A stretch of DNA of 64,000 bases from Proteromonas lacertae (Eukaryota), in assembly GCA_002245135.1 (NCBI GenBank), contig NGBS01000023.1:1-64000 (forward strand), written 5' to 3'. Below the pieces are notes generated by a model. It worked only from the letters and a program-made list of their open reading frames with translations. It had not been told where the DNA came from and made no database searches. Both the position numbers and the translations under genes were made by a program. Positions 54,918-64,000 of the stretch are shown here, in pieces. Every line of letters begins with the position of its first letter. The first letter of the stretch is position 1.

Positions 54918-57785
54918 TAATAGAATTGTGAAAAAAGTCAACAATTACTATACAAACTAAGTGATTTATATTATCTCTGCGAAGAATCTACATCACATAC
55001 TCCTGAATTCACACCACGAGATTCACCAGCAATCATTGAAGGAAAGAAATTCAGATCAGCCTCTGTAAGTACTACAGTAGCAAAGAAGAGTTGTTTAGAT
55101 ATGAATAGTTCTGAATTAAAAGAAACATTTCCTGTACAACATCATCAGAATCAATATAGTGGATTATTGAGATTATTATCAGCTCAAATATTATGTGATA
55201 TAGAGTTATATTATAATGGATATTCTCCTGTTAAGTTGGATAAATATTCATCTAGAAGATATAGTCAAGAGAATTTAGACAAAATTGATGATGTTTTTAA
55301 GAAGAGATTATCTAATAGTTTGTTGTATTACAACGATATTTATAATTGTGAAATAAAGAGGAAATCTGATTCTATCAAAAGATGGAGTAAGTATAGAATG
55401 AAGATTGATAATTATATTATATATTTTACGAATGAACATGATGAATCTAAACCAAGTGATTTTATTGACATTGATTCAATCACCAGTACTGACATAAAGA
55501 ATGATAATGAAGTTTCAATCAATTATATAACCATAAATCAAAAGAAAAGTAATATTTTGAAGTTTAATAATAGTGAGGAGTTTAATACATTTAATAAGAT
55601 AGTAAATAGCAAATTTGATACTCAAAGTTCTTGTGCTGATGATGATGATGATTATGAAAGTATATATTTAATATTTTTATTTTTATTTTTGTTACAGAAT
55701 TAAGAGAAGAATATCAAATACTGTTAGATAGCAATTATAGATCTTATATTTTATTTAATCTATCAAAATTTATAACAACTGCTTCCTATATTAGATCAAA
55801 GATACTGTTTTCATTGTGTTTAAAAATAGATAATAAAGATATGATAGAACAGTTATTATTTGAAAGTTACATATCTATTTTATATACAAATGTTAATGCT
55901 TTTACTGAACCACCTCCGTTTTCAACAGAATTAGCTTTATTAATTTATATTTACTTCGCTGAAGTGTTAGAAAATAATAATAAATATGAAATATCAGTTG
56001 GTATATATGATACAGCTTTGTGTTGTATTAGATTGCATAATGATACAGATAAAGTATATATATATATTAATATTAATATTATAATTTAGTATTATAATTT
56101 GGTTGGCAAATTAGCATGTCTTTCCAACGATCACAATGATTATCCTACTGCAATTACCTATTACAAACGACTATTGTTATATTATCAATCTAAACATATG
56201 ATCATCAACAGTGAAATACTATATGTTAGTGATAAATTATGTGATTTATACTTTCTAACAGGTAGTTTAGATAAAGGATTGGATTTGCTAGAGAATAAGT
56301 ATGAAGCATTAATGAAAAGTAAACAAAGTTATTCTAAAACGTATATATTATTTATATATTAAATATATATGAATAGTGATTATGAAAAATTATTGTTTTT
56401 ACTGTCACATTACACAATAGAATCATCCCATTATGAAAAGTCATTAAAATATTTGAATATTCTATACAATATGATAAGTAAATCCAATATAAAGAGATAT
56501 TTATCAATACTCTATATGATCTGTAATAGTTACTATAAAATGAGAGCCAAATATGAATCATTACATTATTTAGATTTATTATCAAGGAATATCAAAGAAA
56601 TAACTAAACAATCTCAAGCCAAGCCAAATCATATTTACAGATCAATCATTCCAAATATATATTATTACATTAAAACATATATAAAAGTCAATTTATTGAA
56701 TAATAATTATCAATGTGCAATGGACTCATGTTTACAATTACTCTATGGAGAAATAAAGTGTGAAAAAACACCAAGAATTTTGGCTAAGTTACATTACATA
56801 TTAGGAAAATGTTTAATTACAATTTCTCAATCTAAAAATGTAGAGTTTCCTTTCAAGTTAATAATAGGAGGTACGACAGTATTAGATAACCAAAATCAAT
56901 TATTTTATGAAGGTATTCATCAATATAAAATATCCAGTAAAATCTATAATCAAATTAATGACTCATTTCATTATGGAAAACTGTTGAATTTGATTGGTAG
57001 ACATCTGTTAAATTATATATTTGTTCCAGTTGTATATCAACAAGTGCCATTAGAGAAAGCATTGATGATTATATCTCCAGAATATAACATTGAATGTAAT
57101 TATAAGATAAATGATATTGAATCAACAAAAAGTGATCAATTAAACATAATATTTGTTAGAAATATGAATTTAAAGAAGAAGAATGAAGATGGTTTAATTG
57201 TTAGACTATTTGAAGTATAAATATATATATTATTGATTAGATGTCTGAGTTATTCACTATTATTGACAATACTTTCAAAATATTTGAAGTATATAATGAT
57301 CCAATCCAATATTCAATTGCTTATCTTAACAGAATAGAATATTATTATATTAATGTATTAATATTGATTGTATTTATTCTTGTTTATATAGAATGAATTA
57401 ACAAAATCATGTGATTTATTTGTGGAAGGTTATAATTATTATAACTTGTTATTTGTTGATGGTATTAAAATTCCACTCGTTAAATCAGCTCCAACATGTA
57501 TATATATATATCTATATATATCATTTATTTATTATTAATAGCTTTTCTTGATTATTTATATGATATTACACTTCGATATGTTCGAATTTTATTCCAAATG
57601 AACACTGCCTTTATTAATGACAATCTGTTACTGATTGATATTTATACAATTCTACAGATTGAATATAATGAAAGATATATAAATCCTTTATCTCAATTGA
57701 ATAAAGAAAGTAAACATAAGAATCAAATTTTATATTATTATCCATTACCTTGGATTGATTCTCATTATAAAAAAGAATCAAAAAG

Positions 57786-57820
<35 letters not shown>

Positions 57821-60177
57821 CAATTGTTATTGTTTATTAGTCAAAATTTTAAAGATTCTTGTGATTCTTCAGATCAATATATTTCCAGTATATTTGACAA
57901 TGATGATTTTACAATCAACAGTTTTAATCAATTATTCATAAAGAAAAGTCTTATTACTTCAATCGAGAAAGATAAATCGCCAGTTCAAATGGATGAGTAT
58001 AAATATATAATTTTATTTTCTATTAGTATTACCACCAATGCACTATGTGATGATAATTATATTTGGGGATTGTTTTATCAAATAAAAAGATATATTCAGT
58101 CTTATTATACAAGTAAATTGAATAGAGAAGAAATACAATTTAATATGAAGAATATAATAATGAGTATAAAGAGATACAATACATCAATAAAAGAAAAGAA
58201 TAATCAAGTGAAGATTGATGATTATGAATATGTTAATATAATATCTCATGTTAATACGATGAAGAAAAAAGTATTTTCATTAAAATATTTATGTTCTACA
58301 TTTAATTAGAAAAATAATCTAGAAATGAAAGTCAAGTCAATTATCTATATAATCAATTTTGATGATGTAGTGGTTGTTTATAGTCCATCAACATTAGATA
58401 AACACATCTATCGAATAGGTGGAAATCATGAACATTCCATTATATCATTATCATTTAATACAAATGCTCTATTGGCTAATAATATTTATCATCAATTTTG
58501 CCCTTTGTGTAGTATCAATGAAGGAAGTGTTATTGGAAATACGAATGTAAACAACAGTAAACATATAAGAGTTGCCAGTAATGTTGAATTTAAACTAGAA
58601 TTACTCAACAAATACTTGTTAGTATAAATATATATATAATTTATTTTTAATCTATTCATTTAGGTATTGAATAATGTTGTTAAAAATCCTTCTGTAATTA
58701 CATCTGTAGTTATTTCATTAACTGATAATAAGTTTGAAAATGATTATTACATTTGTACATTCACTATTGATGATAGTAAAGCTACATTGATAAATCAACA
58801 ACCTATATGTGTGAATAAAAGTATTTTAGTGTGTGAACAATATGTAGCAGTAAAACCTCCAATGTTTGTTGATAAGAATCAATACGTTGGAATTTATCAT
58901 AAAAATGACATTCTCCAATTAAAATGTCATAAATCAGATACTACATTATTTTACACTTCCAAATCAAATAATATTAATATTGTATTTGTTATTATTGTTT
59001 TTTATTTTTATATAGAATGAAAGTATTCAGATAGAAAGTTTATCAGACTTCTATGTCACATTTAGAGTAGTTTTACATCCATTGGAATATAATATTAGTT
59101 ATGGAATTCTTAACGAGAATAATAAAAACTATTTTGAATCACTCTATAGATATAACACCAAATGGAACAATATTAACTGTATATAATAACTATATATATA
59201 TTATTGTATAGCTAATATTGATCAAATAAGCAATCTTCGAAAATCAATTTATCCTTTTCATATATCAAATATAAAGAATATTAAATCACCAGATGATGAT
59301 GAAATACATCAATGTAGACCATTATACTCATTATTGAGTTACAGTAAAAAGAAAACATTCTGTTGTGGATCTTTAAATGTATATTTATATTTGTTTGTTA
59401 TATATATATATAGTTTGATTCATTTTATTATAATTCACTAAATAAGAAATGTGATGAAAATGATTATGATTCAAATGTATTAATTGTAAGTAGAGAATTG
59501 ATGTTTCTACCTTGGGAGAATATCCTACATATTGAAAATAGTTCAAGAAATATCTGTATTTCTACTCTTTTAGCATCTACAGTAAAGTATATTCATATTT
59601 TTATTATTAAAATAGCAATAAACATCTTTATCCAATATTCTATCTATTTTCACCTCACAAAATCAACTTTCCTTATTCAGAGATAAACAGTTCATTTTTA
59701 CACTGTAAACAATCAGATAATTTGCAGATACCTTCGGAAATGCTTCAACCATCATCATTTACTGAATTGTGTGAATTATATCAAAAGAAATATGATTATA
59801 TAAAGTATGTAAAAAGTGATGAATTTGTTGAACATCCTTCACAGATACTTACACTTCATAATAAAAGAAAAATTCATAACAATAACAGTACCAGTCATAT
59901 TGATGAACTAAATAGCACTTATTCAGTATATATATTTCCATATAGTGATTTAACCACATTTACAAATTATCATATTTGGTTATCAGCAAATTCACTAGAA
60001 CCTGTTGTATTTATACCAGTAAGTAGTTTTCAACTTGTGTTAAAGCATTTGGTGTTTTATAGTGAGCATTTCAGTAATCAGTTGGATTGCCAAAGTATTA
60101 TGAAGTTATTTATGAAAATAAGAAATGATTATCAGATACCAATAGTTATTTATAATTTGTCTTGTCATACATCTTAG
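53059..60177 (+). CDS. Large hypothetical protein (~2200 aa, about 18 introns): helical/TPR-like repeats, a PH-like domain and a CHAT/separase-like LPWE motif near the C-terminus
   Basis: One frame can be traced from ATG 53059 to TAG 60177 using only short GT-AG introns; PH-like IKRKSDSIKRWSKYRMKIDNYIIYF...KPSDFIDID; LIVSRELMFLPWENI. Confidence 0.65.
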
Positions 60178-60281
60178 AAATGCATATTAGTAATTTATTT
60201 AATACATTTACTGTTTGGTTCTATGTTATTTTACCATTAAACCCCATAACATAATGCACCAACAGAATATATATATATATA

Positions 60282-61303
60282 TTATGAGCTTAATTGTGTA
60301 TTAATGTAATCAACATAACTTGAACTAATATCTTTCAATTTACCTTCTTGTTTAGCTAATAATAAAAACTGTTTTCTCCATTTTTGTAGAATTACTGATG
60401 ATACTTTTCTTTGGATTAATACTTTATATTTTGTATTTGGAATTGTTATTACATCACCTTCACTTTTACTCAACATTTCACTTGTTATTAGATGATTTAT
60501 TGTCTTGGTTATAGTTTCTAAATCCTTCATAAAATCAGAATCAATTATTGGACTCTATAACATATATATATAATCTCAAAATATTCATACAACTTTTGTT
60601 GCAATATTTGGTTTGGGTGCTTTGGAGTGTAATAATGCATTATCTAAATCTACAAAATTGATTTCTGAAACGGGAAGTGGAGCTGGTTCTGGTAAATGAG
60701 TTACATTATTATCTGGTGAAACTACAAATAATGGACTATCCCAACGATTGTTTACATTCGGATATTCAAATCGAGAAATTATTTCCTCAACACTATATGT
60801 ATTTAATATATACAATCTAAATAAAATACATTTTTGGATCATATCCATTTTCTCTTTTACTATTCCATTCTATACAATCTTCTTTACTACTATCAACATA
60901 TAACTATATATTTATTTAAAAGTATTTAAAATTATTCATACAACAGCATATGTACTATTAACACTTCTAGAACAACAATAAAGCTCATATCTATATCCTT
61001 TTATATAGCACATTGAATCAAGAATTACAATCTGATCTGAAGATAAAAAACGACTAACAGCTGACTTTAAAGTGGATCTTGTCAACTTTTCAGCAGTACT
61101 GTCTAAAAATATTACCATTACATGTATACCACAAAACCCATTTTTTCTATCAATAGCTAATTCCTCATAACAAACAATCTGAACAGATTTACCTAAACCA
61201 TCATAATGCTCTTTAATCTTTTTAACATAAGCGCTTTTTCCTGAGCATGGATAACCACAGACAACTATCAGTGGCCTATTTATCTAGAAAAACAAAAATA
61301 CAT
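60282..61303 (-). CDS. KTI12: KTI12 (Elongator-associated P-loop protein), 5 introns; start codon split by intron 1
   Basis: MPLIVVCGYPCSGKS; VILDSMCYIKGYRYELYC; RFEYPNVNNRWDSPLF; LQKWRKQFL; YVDYIN. Confidence 0.93.
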
Positions 61304-61896
61304 TTAAATGTGTATTAAATTGAGATAAGAACAGATCATGATCAGTATTTTCATTTCTATTTATTTCATATAATAAACATATTTTGTTTGTATATTTATT
61401 TTTTAAATATTAGTATGTATGTATTAATTATGTTTAATACATAGAATTAGTCATATCTCACAACATTTTACATTTTTGTATTGTATTACAGCTGACACTA
61501 ATGAAATATGTGAATTAATGTTATTTATTGCAAATTAAAGTTATATTATTTACATTTACTCCATTATCACCATCATCAAATGAGTTTAACAGTCAATTCA
61601 TTAATGATTTAAATAAAGCATTCTACAATAATTAAAGGAAATCCTTTCAAATACACAATGAGCAATTAATCCTTTTCACTGAATCAAAAATAATTTGAAC
61701 CAGCTTTATTGAGAACTTGTGATAAAATAGTTGTGAGTAGTTATGGAAATGTATATTTGGGAGAAACACATCGAGTTAATTTCAAAAAATTATTTGTAGA
61801 TAGATATATAGTTTGATTATTATAACAAGAGTTTAATTTTATGAATAAAAAATATATGATAAATTTTATAGATTGTCATTAAGTATATATATGTAA

Positions 61897-64000
61897 TTAG
61901 TTATTCAATACATGCAAGTCACAATGTATCCACTCTTTCTTTGAAACACTTATAGTTGAAGTACTTCTTAATATCGGTTTAGGTGGCAATGGAAATAATT
62001 GATCTCTATTTTGTTTATTTAGAATTCTTGGAAATGATTTACTATCTTTTCTAAATTGAGTCAGTATTGGTGGCTTATTTTCTAATACAACAGTGTCACT
62101 ACGTGATACATTGATTTTGGCAGTAGGAAATGCAAATTTAGAAGAAGTAGAACGACCACCTTCACTTTCTGATCCTGTAGAATTTGAGAATGGTTCAATC
62201 TTACTATTCGATTTTCTCCATCCAATTTTTTGGGTAATATCTTTTAGACTCATTTTATATTTCTTTTCAAAATCATCAATTGGTCTTGGTGCTATTCAAG
62301 AAGATATATATATAGAGTTATACATAAGTAATAACTTGATATAACGCCAATTATTAACACTGGAATAATTAATGGAAAGAATATTTCATTTGGAAAATAA
62401 TCACCAACATTGCATTCTATCATTTCAGAATTACATTTAGCTCTATTTATTAATAGTTAAATTATCAAGAAATGTATACTTGAAGCATGCAATTAATGAA
62501 CATATATTTGCCCAAACTAATACTAAATTAGATGAAGAAAGGAAATAATTAACTGCCATTCTAGCAAATTGTGGATATAATAAACCTGAAATGAATTGTA
62601 TTAATGCAGCCAAAGTATAAACCACTGAAGCAATTACATTACCTGTACTTGATACTGAATCAGTTAATGTCAATAATATTTTCATAATACCGCAAATAAG
62701 ACCATATTTTGTTGATACTATAGGAGATATTAACATTAGAATTAAAAAATACTTTTCACCATAACATCACTGAACAATTGAAATCTGTCATTATTCCAAT
62801 TTCTATACCAGTCTTTCCAACATTTTATTTCACCCATATAGCTATAATAAAGATTTTATATATATATATATATATATATATACAAAATATCACCATCTAT
62901 TGCTCCTAATCTTAAACCAAGTGGTAAAAATAATGCAATCATGAAAAGCGATATAATCATATATATAATATGAAAAGCTCCCCAACACTAGATGTATAAT
63001 TATACACAGTTCTATATACTTCAAGTTGTGGTGCATTTTTCATTCCTTGATATTTATTATCTGATTCTGTTGAATTATTTGCATCTTCAGATTCATCATT
63101 AAAAGTTGAGCATTCAAAAGCACCAAAAAAGATATTGCAAAAAGGTATAAATAGTGAAGTAGTACAAATCCAAACATAAACTATATTATATAGAGTGATA
63201 ATTATCATACACCAAAGTAATTTCTTTAACCATTTTCGAAATTTGAATTGTTTAGGAGTTATATAGCCTTTATCATATCTTTCATTATTCTCATTACCTA
63301 AATTTGGTTTTACTGGTTTTGACAATTCACTATATTTTTGAGAAGATGATTCTTTAGCTGTTGAAGTTGTAGAAATTGAAGTTTTATCATTTTTTGAGGA
63401 AATACCTTCATCACTACTCTCAAGATCACCTACAGATCTACCTTGTGTTAATGCTAATAACTTTTTGTCAACTTTCCCTTGCCTGCTCTCAAGTTCTTTT
63501 TTAGATTCAATTATTCTTAATTCAGAATTTTTAATATTTTTTGGTCCATAAATATTGCCAAAAAATTCATATGATTCTATTTCCTGCTTCATTTTTAATA
63601 CTAACTGTAGAATGAGGATAATTACTAAAACAATTATACCAACAATTGCACCAACTATCTTAACATGATAAAGTAATGCTAAGTCTTCCTATTAATATTA
63701 CTGATTATAATATACATTAGAACTATAATTATTACCAGCTTTTCCGCTAAAAAAATCTATGAAATATGAAAAGGGATTAGTGTAATTAAGAAATGGATAT
63801 GACAATAACTGGAAGAAACTAACAATTAACAGAAATATTTGAATAAAAGTATCAACAGGTCTTGAAGAAAATTCTCTTTCTGGAGTATTAGTTTGCATAT
63901 GTGTTTGAACAACACTTCCATCATCAGAACCAGTCCATAAAAACTTGCCTGTTAATTGCAATGAGTTAATTCTGTCACTTTGTGGATTGAAAGATTTTAA
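61897..64000 (-). CDS. Multi-pass membrane protein with an upstream WD40-like segment (5' end outside the window)
   Basis: LWTGSDDGSVV followed by several hydrophobic helices (FQLLSYPF; PFCNIFFGAFEC; CWGAFH); exons joined by short GT-AG introns; stop at 61897. Confidence 0.6.

Noticed and set aside
61320..61890. Possible small gene or U12 branch-like TTCCTTTAAT on the minus strand
   Set aside because: No matching donor and no convincing spliced ORF.
54885..62882. (AT)n tracts (also ~890-912) as CRISPR-like or functional repeats
   Set aside because: They are simple microsatellites inside short introns, with no spacer structure.
1..64000. Alternative genetic code (stop-codon reassignment) as the cause of ORF fragmentation
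   Set aside because: The 4187-codon dynein frame has no internal TAA, TAG or TGA; all three are used as terminators; breaks are explained by introns or single-base indels.
1..64000. Blastocystis-style stop codons created by polyadenylation
   Set aside because: Every gene traced ends in a genomic stop codon, and no consistent downstream TGTTTGTT motif was seen.

Overview
Very AT-rich, gene-dense eukaryotic nuclear DNA using the standard genetic code. It holds about 21 protein genes split by roughly 100 very short spliceosomal introns (mostly 23-45 nt, GTAT...TAG), so the ORF track fragments most genes and misses some (NF-YC). An inner-arm axonemal dynein heavy chain indicates a flagellated protist; the architecture resembles the Blastocystis/Proteromonas stramenopile lineage, but that assignment is inference. 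Recognisable genes: PDR-type ABCG transporter, two MFS transporters, Zn-macrodomain protein, NF-YC, NEF1-like membrane protein, coronin, ALG10, DNAH1-like dynein, two GH79 heparanase-like genes forming a ~3.6 kb palindrome, START-domain protein, CAND1, a CENP-B/pogo-type HTH protein and KTI12. The main hidden signal is five longer (52-75 nt) minor-spliceosome (U12-type) introns at four independent loci. They have ATATC(C/A)T donors and TT(C/T)(C/T)TTAAT branch points, and at least two have non-canonical AT-AA termini needed to restore conserved reading frames. A recurrent AACGA(C/A)TATTTT promoter-proximal motif is also present. Exon boundaries were traced by eye and need RNA-seq confirmation; some single-base frameshifts look like assembly errors.
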